From NCBI GenBank assembly GCA_030429495.1, contig JAUIFH010000012.1, forward strand, positions 1,896-65,895: 64,000 bases of DNA, in the 5' to 3' direction. This document shows, in pieces, positions 54,248-63,064 of the stretch. A model generated the notes under the pieces. That model had not been told where the DNA came from, did not search any database, and saw only the letters and a program-made list of their open reading frames with translations. Every line of letters starts with the position of its first letter. Position 1 is the first letter of the stretch. The position numbers and the translations under genes are program-made. This DNA comes from Alphaproteobacteria bacterium (lineage in GTDB: Bacteria; Pseudomonadota; Alphaproteobacteria; Rhodobacterales; Rhodobacteraceae).

Positions 54248-55458
54248 ACCCTCTCGATGATCGTCGCGGCACCCATACCGCTCGCGATGCAGAGCGTGGC
54301 AAGGCCGGTGCCCTTGCCGGTCCGCTCAAGCTCGTCGAGCAGCGTGCCGATGATGATCGCGCCGGTGGCGCCAAGGGGGTGGCCCATCGCGATCGAGCCG
54401 CCGTTGACGTTGACCCTGGAATTGTCGACGTCGAAGGCCTGCATGAAGCGCAGGACGACGCTCGCGAAGGCTTCGTTGACCTCGAAAAGGTCGATGTCGG
54501 AGATCGACATGCCGCTGTCCTTCAGGATCTTCTCTGTCACCGGCACCGGGCCGGTCAGCATGATCGTCGGATCGGTGCCGATCTTCGCGGTCGCGCGGAT
54601 GCGGGCGCGGGGCTTCAGGCCATGGGCCTCGCCGAATTCCTTGTTGCCGATCAGGACGGCAGCCGCGCCATCCACGATGCCGGAGGAATTGCCCGCATGG
54701 TGGATATGGTTGATCCGCTCCAGATGCGGGTATTTCATCAGCGCGACCTTGTCGAAGCCGGGCATCACCTCGCCCATATCCTTGAAGCTTGCCTTGAGCG
54801 CGCCCAGCGTCTGCATGTCCGTGCCGGGGCGCATGTATTCGTCATGGTCAAGGATCGGCAGCCCGTTCTGGTCGCGGATCGTCACGATGGACTTCGCGAA
54901 ACGATTGTCCTTCCAGGCCGCTGCAGCGCGGTTCTGGGACTCGACCGCAAGCGCGTCGGCATCGTCGCGGGAAAAGCCGTATTCGGTCGCGATGATATCG
55001 GCGGAAATGCCCTGCGGCACGAAATAGGTCTTCATCGCAAGCGTCGGATCGACGGCGATTGCCGCCCCGTCGGACCCCATCGCAACGCGACCCATCATCT
55101 CCACCCCGCCTGCGATGTAGGCATTGCCTGCGCCGCCCCTGACCTGGTTGGCGGCAAGGTTCACGGCCTCCATGCCGGAGGCGCAGAAGCGGTTGATGGC
55201 AAGGCCGGGGATGCGTTCGTCGAGATCGGACATCAGCACGGCCGAACGGGCAAGACAGCCGCCCTGTTCACCGACCTGAGTGACGTTGCCCCAGATCACA
55301 TCCTCAACCGCATGGCCTTCGAGGTTGTTGCGGTCCTTCACCGCGTTCAGGAGCTTGGCCGACAGCGACACGGAGGTTACTTCGTGCAGCGCGCCGTCGG
55401 GGCGCCCCTTGCCGCGCGGCGAGCGGACGGCGTCGTAGATATAGGCTTCGGTCATCAT
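54244..55458 (-). CDS. Acetyl-CoA C-acyltransferase (thiolase)
   Basis: 404 aa. GGAGGA RBS. NRFCASGMEAV active-site Cys region, NEAFASV, GGSIAMGHPLGATG, C-terminal CIASGMG. Confidence 0.9.
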   Translation of the reverse strand: MMTEAYIYDAVRSPRGKGRPDGALHEVTSVSLSAKLLNAVKDRNNLEGHAVEDVIWGNVTQVGEQGGCLARSAVLMSDLDERIPGLAINRFCASGMEAVNLAANQVRGGAGNAYIAGGVEMMGRVAMGSDGAAIAVDPTLAMKTYFVPQGISADIIATEYGFSRDDADALAVESQNRAAAAWKDNRFAKSIVTIRDQNGLPILDHDEYMRPGTDMQTLGALKASFKDMGEVMPGFDKVALMKYPHLERINHIHHAGNSSGIVDGAAAVLIGNKEFGEAHGLKPRARIRATAKIGTDPTIMLTGPVPVTEKILKDSGMSISDIDLFEVNEAFASVVLRFMQAFDVDNSRVNVNGGSIAMGHPLGATGAIIIGTLLDELERTGKGTGLATLCIASGMGAATIIERV

Positions 55459-55467
55459 ATCCTCCGG

Positions 55468-56106
55468 TCAGTTCTTCGCCCGGTCAGAGGGGTTGCCGGG
55501 CATCAGGTCATAGGGGTGTTTCCAACCGGGCAGGGCAGCGATGCCGCCCAGCCAGCGGTCGATTTCGGGCCAGTCCTTGCGGTCGAAACCGAAGGGCTCG
55601 GGGTAGTAGAGGTAGCCGCAGCAGGAGATGTCGGCGATAGAAGGCTCGTTGCCCACCACCCAGTCGCGGCCCTTCAGATGTGCTTCGAGCGTCGCGTAGG
55701 CGTTCCTGAGGCGCGCCTGCATGAAGGCGATGACCTCTTTCGGGCGCTTGTCCTCGGGCAGGAAGTTCATCAGGAAGCGCGTCATGCCAACCTGGCTGGA
55801 CATCTTGTGATTGTCCCACAGGATCCAGCGCAGGACTTCATCCGCCTCGTGAGGCGCGCCGCCGAGTTTTCCCGACCGCTTGACGACGTGATACATGATC
55901 GCGCCTGATTGGCTCAGCACCGTGCCGTCTTCCTCGAAGACGGGGGCCTCGCCCATCACATTGAGCTTGCGGAACTCGGGTGTGCGGGTCGCGCCATTGA
56001 AGAAGTCGACGAAGACGGGTTCCCAGTCATAGCCGGAAAGTTCCAGCGCCAGCGCCGCCTTGTAGGCGTTGCCGCTTTCGCCGAAGCAATGGAGTTTCGC
56101 CGTCAT
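55468..56106 (-). CDS. Glutathione S-transferase family protein
   Basis: ATG at 56106 (GGGAG RBS). 212 aa. MTAKLHCFGESGNAYKAALALEL... thioredoxin-like N-domain, then a helical C-domain. Confidence 0.8.
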   Translation of the reverse strand: MTAKLHCFGESGNAYKAALALELSGYDWEPVFVDFFNGATRTPEFRKLNVMGEAPVFEEDGTVLSQSGAIMYHVVKRSGKLGGAPHEADEVLRWILWDNHKMSSQVGMTRFLMNFLPEDKRPKEVIAFMQARLRNAYATLEAHLKGRDWVVGNEPSIADISCCGYLYYPEPFGFDRKDWPEIDRWLGGIAALPGWKHPYDLMPGNPSDRAKN

Positions 56107-56153
56107 GCCGCGCTCCCGTGGATGGCGGAGGCAGTGGGGGCTTCGCGCCCCGT

Positions 56154-56191
56154 CGCCATTGGCGCTCGAACCAATGGCGCGCCCAATGGCG
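56154..56191. repeat. Three copies of a CCAATGGCG 9-mer (one inverted, two direct) upstream of the GST gene
   Basis: CGCCATTGG at 56154..56162, CCAATGGCG at 56171..56179 and 56183..56191. The first two can form a 9-bp hairpin or dyad. Confidence 0.6.
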
Positions 56192-56408
56192 ACCCCGCGG
56201 AGTATTTCGGCCAAGAAGAACAAGGGTTTGTTAACCAGAATCGAGCGACCCTCATGGGGCGGTACAGGCAGGAGTGTCGATGACCGCCCAAGGAGAAGTC
56301 GCTCCGGATCTGACGAGAAGCACCCCGCGTTCGAGGGCCGGCGTCAGACCCGGGGCGCATCTTCTGCTTCTTCTTGGCACAAATACTCAATTCCGCCATC
56401 TCCCCATC

Positions 56409-56621
56409 TCACGCCTTGCGGTCTTCAAGCTCGGCCTTGAAGAGCCTGAGCCGGTGGCTGAGATTGTCCGCGTCCGTAATGCTTCCGAAATGCTCGAACA
56501 CGAAGCTCAGTGCTTCGTCCGGCGTGATCCCGGCCTCTATCGCGAAACGGTTCAGCACGCGGTAGGCGTCGTTCGTCATCGCGGCGGGGAAGCGTCGGGT
56601 CAGGCGCAGGCGTTTGGGCAT
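56409..56621 (-). CDS. Small (70 aa) hypothetical protein, possibly ribbon-helix-helix-like
   Basis: ATG at 56621 preceded by GGAGGAG. MPKRLRLTRRFPAAMTNDAYRVLNRFAIEAGITPDEALSFVFEHF... has a basic N-terminal strand followed by two helices. The rest of the 157-aa track ORF overlaps the ACAD terminator region. Confidence 0.55.
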   Translation of the reverse strand: MPKRLRLTRRFPAAMTNDAYRVLNRFAIEAGITPDEALSFVFEHFGSITDADNLSHRLRLFKAELEDRKA

Positions 56622-56641
56622 TTCTCCTCCGGTGTTGGGTC

Positions 56642-56664
56642 GGCCCCCGCCTCGGGCGGGGGCC
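56642..56664 (-). terminator. GC hairpin between the acyl-CoA dehydrogenase gene and the 70-aa ORF
   Basis: GGCCCCCGCC-TCG-GGCGGGGGCC, a perfect 10-bp stem about 30 nt past the ACAD stop. Confidence 0.5.
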
Positions 56665-56692
56665 TTTCCGTGAGTGTCTCCTCCCGAAGACC

Positions 56693-58471
56693 TTAGAACG
56701 CCTCCGCCGGCAGTGTCATCACGAGGTCGGCACCCGACTGGATGCGGGCGAGATGGGTCGCGGTCATCGGCAACTGCCGCGCCATGTAGTAGCGCCCGGT
56801 GGCGAGCTTCGTCTCGTAGAACGCGCGGTCCGATGCGCCGCCGGCGAGCGCGGCCAGCGCGACCTTGCCCGAGCGTGCCCACATCAGCCCGAGGCAGACA
56901 TGGCCGAAGAGATGCATGAAATCGTAGGAACCGGCGAGTGCGGCATTGGGGTTCTTCATGCCGTTCTGCATGAAGAACATGCCCGCCGCCTGAAGGTCCT
57001 TCGACGCGGCCTTGAGGGGCTCGAGGAAGTCCTTCTTCAGCGCTTCGTCGCCCTCGTTCTCCTTGATGAAGCTTTTCACCATCTCGAAGAAGGCCATGAC
57101 GTGCTTGCCGCCGTCCTGCGCCAGCTTGCGACCCACGAGATCGAGCGCCTGCACGCCGTTCGCGCCTTCATAGATCATGGTGATCCGGGCATCGCGGGCG
57201 AACTGCGACATGCCCCATTCCTCGATATAGCCGTGGCCGCCATAGACCTGTTGGGCGTTCACTGCCGTCTCGAACCCCTTGTCGGTCAGGAAGCCCTTGA
57301 TGACCGGGGTCATCAGCGAAATCAGCCCCTCGGCGTCCTTGTCGCCGGACCGGTGCGCCCGGTCGATCAGCGTCGCGCCCCAGAAGGTGAAGGCGCGGGC
57401 GCCCTCGACGAAGCTCTTCTGGTCCATCAGATTGCGGCGGATGTCGGGGTGGACGATCAGCGGATCAGCCGGCCCCGAGGGGTTTTCCGTTCCGGTCACC
57501 GCGCGGCCCTGAAGCCGGTCCTTGGCATAGGCGACCGCGTTCTGATAGGCGGCCTCGCCCTGGGCATAGCCTTGCAGACCGACGCCGAGGCGGGCTTCGT
57601 TCATCATCGTGAACATGGCGCGCATGCCCTTGTGCATCTCGCCGATCAGGAACCCGGTCGCGCCGTCATAGTTCATCACGCAGGTCGAATTGGCGTGGAT
57701 GCCCATCTTCTCTTCGATCTTGCCGACCGAGACGGCGTTCCGCTGTCCGAGCGCGCCGTCCGCGTTCACCATGAACTTCGGCACGATGAAGAGCGAGATG
57801 CCCTTGGTGCCCTCGCCGCCGCCGGGGGCCTTGGCCAGCACCAGGTGGATGACGTTCTCGCTCATGTCGTGATCGCCGGCCGAGATGAATATCTTCTGGC
57901 CGGTGATCTTGTAGCTGCCATCCGCCTGCGGTTCCGCCTTGGTGCGGATCTGGCCGAGATCGGTGCCGCAATGCGGTTCGGTCAGGTTCATCGTGCCGGT
58001 CCAGTCGAGCGCGACCATCTTCGGCAGATAGGTCTCTTTCTGTTCGTCCGAGCCGTGGGCGAGGATCGCCGAGATCGCGCCGTGGGTCAGGCCTTGGTAC
58101 ATGTTGAAGGCCATGTTGGCGGAGACGAAGATCTCACCCACCGCCGTGCCCACGATATAGGGCAGGTTCTGCCCACCATACGCTTCCGGCAGGTCGAGAC
58201 CGTTCCAGCCGCCTTCCTTCATCGCCTCGAAGGCGTCCTTGAAGCCCTTCGGCGTATAGACCACGCCGTTTTCCAGCCGGCAGCCTTCCTGATCGCCCGA
58301 GGCGTTCAGCGGCGCGAGCACGTCGCGGGCGATCTTGCCCGCCTCTTCAAGAATTGCCGATGTGAAGTCGGGGTCCAGATCCGCATAGCCCGGCACGTCG
58401 CTGTTCGGAATGTCCAGAACCTCGTTCAGAACGAATTGCATGTCGCGGGTCGGCGCCGTGTAGCTGGGCAT
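56693..58471 (-). CDS. Long (592 aa) acyl-CoA dehydrogenase
   Basis: AGGGAGA RBS. ACAD motifs [11 protein letters not shown] and [32 protein letters not shown], plus an extended C-terminal domain. Confidence 0.9.
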   Translation of the reverse strand: MPSYTAPTRDMQFVLNEVLDIPNSDVPGYADLDPDFTSAILEEAGKIARDVLAPLNASGDQEGCRLENGVVYTPKGFKDAFEAMKEGGWNGLDLPEAYGGQNLPYIVGTAVGEIFVSANMAFNMYQGLTHGAISAILAHGSDEQKETYLPKMVALDWTGTMNLTEPHCGTDLGQIRTKAEPQADGSYKITGQKIFISAGDHDMSENVIHLVLAKAPGGGEGTKGISLFIVPKFMVNADGALGQRNAVSVGKIEEKMGIHANSTCVMNYDGATGFLIGEMHKGMRAMFTMMNEARLGVGLQGYAQGEAAYQNAVAYAKDRLQGRAVTGTENPSGPADPLIVHPDIRRNLMDQKSFVEGARAFTFWGATLIDRAHRSGDKDAEGLISLMTPVIKGFLTDKGFETAVNAQQVYGGHGYIEEWGMSQFARDARITMIYEGANGVQALDLVGRKLAQDGGKHVMAFFEMVKSFIKENEGDEALKKDFLEPLKAASKDLQAAGMFFMQNGMKNPNAALAGSYDFMHLFGHVCLGLMWARSGKVALAALAGGASDRAFYETKLATGRYYMARQLPMTATHLARIQSGADLVMTLPAEAF

Positions 58472-58495
58472 GGTATGGTTCTCCCTAGAAGTCTG

Positions 58496-58888
58496 TCAGG
58501 CGGTTTGCGTGGTCTTCCCGGCGAGGACACCCTCGCCAAGTGCGATCTGGTCGGTCAGCTCTGCGATCGCCGCGTCAAGCTCGTCGCGCTGCTGCCGCAT
58601 CGAGTCGAGGCGGTTCCGGGCGAGATCGAGTGTGCGGCTGATCTGGGTCTGCTGCTGGTCGTCGATATCGTACAGGTCGAGAAGCTGGCGGATCTCCTCA
58701 AGGCTGAAGCCGAAGCGCTTGCCGCGCAGGATCAGTTTCAGCCGCCCGCGGTCGCGGCGCGTGTAGTGCCGTTTCTGCCCGGCGCGGATCGGTGACAACA
58801 GCTCCTTGGCCTCATAGAAGCGAAGCGTGCGCGGTGTCACGTCGAAGGCGTCGCACATTTCGCGGATCGTCATGGTTTGCTCACTCAT
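58496..58888 (-). CDS. MerR family transcriptional regulator (LiuR-like acyl-CoA catabolism type)
   Basis: ATG at 58888 preceded by GGAGGG. 130 aa. MTIREMCDAFDVTPRTLRFYEAKELLSP HTH and a C-terminal coiled coil. Confidence 0.85.
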   Translation of the reverse strand: MSEQTMTIREMCDAFDVTPRTLRFYEAKELLSPIRAGQKRHYTRRDRGRLKLILRGKRFGFSLEEIRQLLDLYDIDDQQQTQISRTLDLARNRLDSMRQQRDELDAAIAELTDQIALGEGVLAGKTTQTA

Positions 58889-58962
58889 ACCCATACCCTC
58901 CATGCGTGTCGTAACGTCATGGCAGGGAGATTGGCGTTTCGAAGCAACCATACAAGCGAAGT

Positions 58963-59006
58963 TGACGTGCACGTCACCGTAACGTGGCGTCACGAAAATC
59001 GTGACG
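58963..59006. promoter_or_regulatory. Two ACGT-core palindromes between the tandem MerR genes (candidate MerR operators)
   Basis: TGACGTGCACGTCA at 58963..58976 is a perfect 14-bp palindrome. CGTCACGA-AAA-TCGTGACG at 58988..59006 is an 8-3-8 dyad. Both lie 75-120 nt upstream of the merR-ACAD unit. Confidence 0.55.
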
Positions 59007-59077
59007 TTAAGTTCCTTGCGGCTGACGCGGCGTAAGGGAAATTTTGTTAGGGGCGGACCGCCTCGGGCCGCGGGGCA

Positions 59078-59449
59078 TCAGCCCTTCAGCGCGGCTTCGG
59101 TTTTGTCTCTCAGCGCCCGCAGATCGTCGATCGCCGCGTCGAGTTCGGCGCGCTGGCCACCGAGTTCGGCAAGCTTCCGGTCGGCAAGGTCGATCCACAC
59201 GCGATACTGCGCCTCGGTTCCTTTCTGATCGTAGAGCAGAAGCCATTGGCGAATCTCTTCCAGGCTGAAGCCGAACCGGCGTCCGCGCAGGATCAGCGTC
59301 ATCCGGGCGACTTCGCGGGGGCCGTAGAACCGCGCGCGGCCTTCCTTCTCGGGGTTGAGGAGTTCGATGTATTCGTAGTAGCGCAACGTCCGCGGTGTCA
59401 CGTCGAAGCGCGCGCACATTTCCTTGAAGCTCAGCGACTCTTCTTGCAT
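59078..59449 (-). CDS. MerR family transcriptional regulator, paralogue of the 58496..58888 gene
   Basis: ATG at 59449 preceded by AGGAGG. 123 aa. LSFKEMCARFDVTPRTLRYYEYIELLNP and the shared LILRGRRFGFSLEEIRQ block. Confidence 0.85.
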   Translation of the reverse strand: MQEESLSFKEMCARFDVTPRTLRYYEYIELLNPEKEGRARFYGPREVARMTLILRGRRFGFSLEEIRQWLLLYDQKGTEAQYRVWIDLADRKLAELGGQRAELDAAIDDLRALRDKTEAALKG

Positions 59450-59513
59450 CCCGATCCTCCTGCCGGAGAACCTAGTCCCATGGGCCGTGGCACACAACTC
59501 CGTTGCGCGCCGG

Positions 59514-60659
59514 TCAATTCATGAAACCGGGTGCGAAGAAGTAGAACCCGTAGGCGAGGATCAGGGCGGGCACGGTCGAGAATACCGTCGCCATGATGGC
59601 GGCGCGCGGGGCCAGCGCGATGGCGGGGAAAAGCGCGTCCCCGTCATTCGAGATGGCGTTGGCCATCAACGCCGAGAACGGGATCGCGCCGTTGACATAC
59701 AGCGTCGCAACAAGGACCTGCGGCCCGCAGCCCGGGATGAAGCCGACTGCCGCACCGATCAGCGGCAGGACCGGTGCGATACTGGTGAACAGCGCCTTGA
59801 GGTCAAGCCCGGCATAGGCCGCCGCGTAGTCGTAGACGAGATAGGCGATGATGACCCAGACCGAGATGAAGGATGTTTCCTCGGCCATCCGTGTTACCGG
59901 TCCGTCGGACGGGTCGGTCATCGCGGTCACCGGGGATACCGCCCAGATCGCAAGGCCCGTGAAGACGCCGGCCAGTGCGATCCAGGCGACGGGCAGGCCG
60001 AGAACGGTGGTGATTTCGACAGCCCCGATCTGCGCCGCCCCGACGATCAGGCCGGGAATGGCCGCAAGAAGGTAGGCATAATCGCGAAGCCGTGTCGTTC
60101 CGATCCGGGGCGCGATATCGCAGGCACCGCCCTGGGGGCGGTAGTCGGACGTGACAAATCGGTCGATGAGCCAGCCGGTCAGGACGCCGATACCGAGTTG
60201 CATCGGCAACAGAACGATGGCCGCGTCGGGCCGCGTCGCGATCAGCAGGAAGGCTGCATCGCCCATCGTCGCGGTCAGTGTCGCGACGACCGCGCCGAAG
60301 CTGACCTTGCCCGACGCATAGGCCGCGACGACGATGACCGCGCCGCCGCAGCCGGGCGTCGCGCCCAGCAGCGCCGCGATCGGAACCTGCATGGTGCGGG
60401 CCTTGCCCATCGCCTGCCCGAGATCGAAGCGGAACAGCTTTTCAGCGCCGTAGAACAGAAGGAGCGTCGCGGCGACAAAGGCCGAGACCTGTACGAAAGC
60501 ATCCTGCATCAGTTCGCGCGTCAGCGCGCCGAGATCGCCGGGTGCGACGGCCAGCGCGACGAGCGCCAGCGCGAGAAGCAGACGGCGCGGCCGGAACTGG
60601 CCGATCCGCGCTGTGGGCAATGACGGGAACGGGGTGGCGTTCAGGTCCGGGCTGTGCAT
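59514..60659 (-). CDS. Polytopic inner-membrane protein of unknown function (about 10 TM; possibly a 'putative metal transporter'-type family, unverified)
   Basis: ATG at 60659, giving 381 aa. Uniformly hydrophobic with Gly/Ala-rich helices. The 63-aa track extension is AT-rich and non-coding-like. Confidence 0.7.
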   Translation of the reverse strand: MHSPDLNATPFPSLPTARIGQFRPRRLLLALALVALAVAPGDLGALTRELMQDAFVQVSAFVAATLLLFYGAEKLFRFDLGQAMGKARTMQVPIAALLGATPGCGGAVIVVAAYASGKVSFGAVVATLTATMGDAAFLLIATRPDAAIVLLPMQLGIGVLTGWLIDRFVTSDYRPQGGACDIAPRIGTTRLRDYAYLLAAIPGLIVGAAQIGAVEITTVLGLPVAWIALAGVFTGLAIWAVSPVTAMTDPSDGPVTRMAEETSFISVWVIIAYLVYDYAAAYAGLDLKALFTSIAPVLPLIGAAVGFIPGCGPQVLVATLYVNGAIPFSALMANAISNDGDALFPAIALAPRAAIMATVFSTVPALILAYGFYFFAPGFMN

Positions 60660-60765
60660 GCTGTCCTGCAATTGCGAATTATTCTCATTTGCGGAAGATA
60701 GCACTTGCGGCCAAATTGGCAAGGGCCAATAAACGCCCTCGGCGTTGGGCAGCGGAAGCGGCAGA

Positions 60766-61203
60766 ATGGACGACAGGAAGCTGAAGGCGGCACGGCAGTT
60801 TATCGAGGCGATTCCGCATTCGCGGGCGCTCGGGATGTCGCTCGACACGCTCGAGGACGGCGTGGCGGTGATCTCGATGGCCTACGACCCGCGCTTCGTC
60901 GGCGATCCGCAGACCGGCGTTATCCACGGGGGGGCGGTTTCGGCCCTGATGGACACTTGCAGCGGCGCGGCGGTGATGAGCCACCCGGTAAGTGCGGCCG
61001 GAACCGCCACCATTGACCTCAGGATCGACTACATGCGTCCGGCCCGACCCGGCGACCGGATCACGGCGCGCGCGGAATGCTACCACGTGACCCGGTCCGT
61101 CGCCTTCGTCCGCGCGACCGCCCATGACGAGGACAAGGATCGCCCCGTCGCCACCGCCACAGGGGCTTTCACCTTGGAACGCGCGCCGGAGGGCAGGTCA
61201 TGA
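60766..61203 (+). CDS. PaaI-family (hotdog fold) thioesterase
   Basis: ATG at 60766. 145 aa. GVIHGGAVSALMDTCSGAA hotdog motif. Confidence 0.8.
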   Translation: MDDRKLKAARQFIEAIPHSRALGMSLDTLEDGVAVISMAYDPRFVGDPQTGVIHGGAVSALMDTCSGAAVMSHPVSAAGTATIDLRIDYMRPARPGDRITARAECYHVTRSVAFVRATAHDEDKDRPVATATGAFTLERAPEGRS

Positions 61204-61727
61204 GCCCCCGTCCGAAGCCTGAGCCGGTCCAGGTCGTGAAGGAACGTCGTGACGCCGCGCTGAATGCGCTGGTTCGCGGCGTGCCCTATATCCGGTTTCT
61301 CGGCATCGGATTTGAGCGGCGCGGCGACGAACTGACGGCAGTCCTGCCCTTCGATGAAACGCTGATCGGCAATCCGCTCTTACCAGCGATCCACGGCGGC
61401 GTTACCGCCGCGTTTCTGGAAGTCACCGCGATCATCGAATTGTCATGGTCCCTGACCTGGGAAGAGATGGAAAGCGGCCGGCTCGATCCGCGCAAGCTTG
61501 ATCCCGAGCATCTGCCAAGACTGCCGAAAACCATCGACTTTACTGTCGACTATCTGCGCACCGGTCTGCCGCGCGACGCCTATGCGCGGGCGCGGGTGAA
61601 CCGTTCGGGCCGGCGCTACGCAAGTGTCCATGTCGAGGCGTGGCAGGACAACCGCACGCGCCTTTTTGCGCAGGGAACCGGGCATTTCCTGATGCCTGAG
61701 CGACCGCTCAGGGCTTCCGATGGATGA
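61200..61727 (+). CDS. PaaI-family (hotdog fold) thioesterase, second copy
   Basis: 175 aa. ATGA overlap. PAIHGGVTAAFLEVTAII motif. Confidence 0.8.
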   Translation: MSPRPKPEPVQVVKERRDAALNALVRGVPYIRFLGIGFERRGDELTAVLPFDETLIGNPLLPAIHGGVTAAFLEVTAIIELSWSLTWEEMESGRLDPRKLDPEHLPRLPKTIDFTVDYLRTGLPRDAYARARVNRSGRRYASVHVEAWQDNRTRLFAQGTGHFLMPERPLRASDG

Positions 61728-63027
61728 AATCAGCCATCGGCGCGTACTGAAGATCGCGCTGCCGATCGTCCTGTCGAACGCAACGGTTCCGCTTCTCGGC
61801 GCGGTCGATACCGGCGTCGTCGGTCAGATGGGCGAAGCCGCCCCGATCGGCGCGGTCGGCGTGGGTGCTGTGATCCTAGCCTCGATCTACTGGATCTTCA
61901 GTTTCCTGCGCATGGGCACATCAGGTCTTGTCGCGCAGGCCCACGGCGGCAAGGACCCGGCCGAGACCGGCGCGATCCTGATGCGGGCCCTGATGATTGC
62001 TGCGGCGGCGGGCGTGATGTTTATCCTGTTGCAGGGGGTGCTGTTTCGCGCCGCCTTCGCACTGGCGCCGGCCTCGGAAGAGGTGGAGTCCCTGACCCGC
62101 AACTACCTTGCGATCCGTATCTGGGGCGCGCCGGCGACCATCGCACTGTTCGCGCTCACCGGATGGCTCATCGCGGTCGAGAGGACGCGCGGCGTGCTGG
62201 TTCTGCAGTTCTGGATGAACGGGCTGAACATCGCGCTCGACTTCCTGTTCGTGCTCGGCGTCGGCTGGGGGGTCGAAGGCGTGGCCATCGCGACGTTGAT
62301 CGCGGAATGGAGCGGCCTTGCAATGGGCCTCTGGCTCTGCCGGCCGGCTTTCGCGGGCGGCCAGTGGAACGACTGGGCGCGGGTATTCGACCGTGCGCGG
62401 ATCGTGCGCATGATGAAGGTCAATGGCGACATCATGATCCGCTCCATCGGGTTGCAGGCCTCATTCACCACTTTCGTGTTCCTCGGCGCGCGTTATGGCG
62501 ACGTCACGCTGGCGGCGAACCAGGTGCTGCTGCAATTCCTTGAGATCACGGCCTTCGGGCTGGACGGCTTCGCCTTTGCGGCGGAATCGCTCGTCGGGCA
62601 GGCGGTGGGTGCGCGTTCGGCCTTGTCCGTGCGCCGCGCATCGGTCGTCGCCAGCCAGTGGGGCGTTGGCGGTTCGGTCGCGCTTGGCCTTGCATTCTGG
62701 TTCGCGGGGCCGCCGCTCATCGACCTGATGACGACGGAACCGGACGTACGCAGCGCCGCACGGTCTTTCCTGCCCTGGGTCGCGATCGCGCCGGTGATCG
62801 GCATCGCGAGCTGGATGTTCGACGGCATCTTCATCGGCGCGACCCTCTCGCGCGAGATGCGCAACACGATGCTTGCATCGGTCGTGGTCTATGTCGTCGC
62901 GCTGCTCACTCTGCCGCCGGTGCTTGGCAATCACGGGCTCTGGGCAGCGTTGATGGTCTTGAACGTGGCGCGGGGAACGACGATGGCGCTTTTCTACCGG
63001 CGGGCGGAGACGGCGGCAGCCGGTTAG
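61720..63027 (+). CDS. MATE family efflux transporter (DinF-like)
   Basis: 435 aa. LKIALPIVLSNATVPLLGAVDTGVVGQ opening and 12 TM segments. 8-nt overlap with the previous gene. Confidence 0.85.
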   Translation: MDEISHRRVLKIALPIVLSNATVPLLGAVDTGVVGQMGEAAPIGAVGVGAVILASIYWIFSFLRMGTSGLVAQAHGGKDPAETGAILMRALMIAAAAGVMFILLQGVLFRAAFALAPASEEVESLTRNYLAIRIWGAPATIALFALTGWLIAVERTRGVLVLQFWMNGLNIALDFLFVLGVGWGVEGVAIATLIAEWSGLAMGLWLCRPAFAGGQWNDWARVFDRARIVRMMKVNGDIMIRSIGLQASFTTFVFLGARYGDVTLAANQVLLQFLEITAFGLDGFAFAAESLVGQAVGARSALSVRRASVVASQWGVGGSVALGLAFWFAGPPLIDLMTTEPDVRSAARSFLPWVAIAPVIGIASWMFDGIFIGATLSREMRNTMLASVVVYVVALLTLPPVLGNHGLWAALMVLNVARGTTMALFYRRAETAAAG

Positions 63028-63064
63028 GGGCCTCCCCGCCCGATACTTCCGAAACGGTGAAGGA

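Noticed and set aside
56103-56399. 98-aa ORF on the minus strand in the 300-bp gap upstream of the GST gene
   Set aside because: It has no Shine-Dalgarno, and its translation is Arg/Ser/Gly/Pro-rich. It runs into the GST start in another frame and is probably non-coding.
56753-58795. 680-aa ORF on the plus strand, opposite the acyl-CoA dehydrogenase and merR
   Set aside because: It is a shadow ORF spanning two real minus-strand genes and their intergenic spacer. No protein motif is recognisable.
59488-59506. Sigma54 promoter-like TGGCAC ... TTGC
   Set aside because: The spacing between TGGCAC and TTGC is 9 nt instead of 5, and there is no plus-strand gene downstream. A second TGGCAC at 56375..56380 lacks any TTGC at the right distance.
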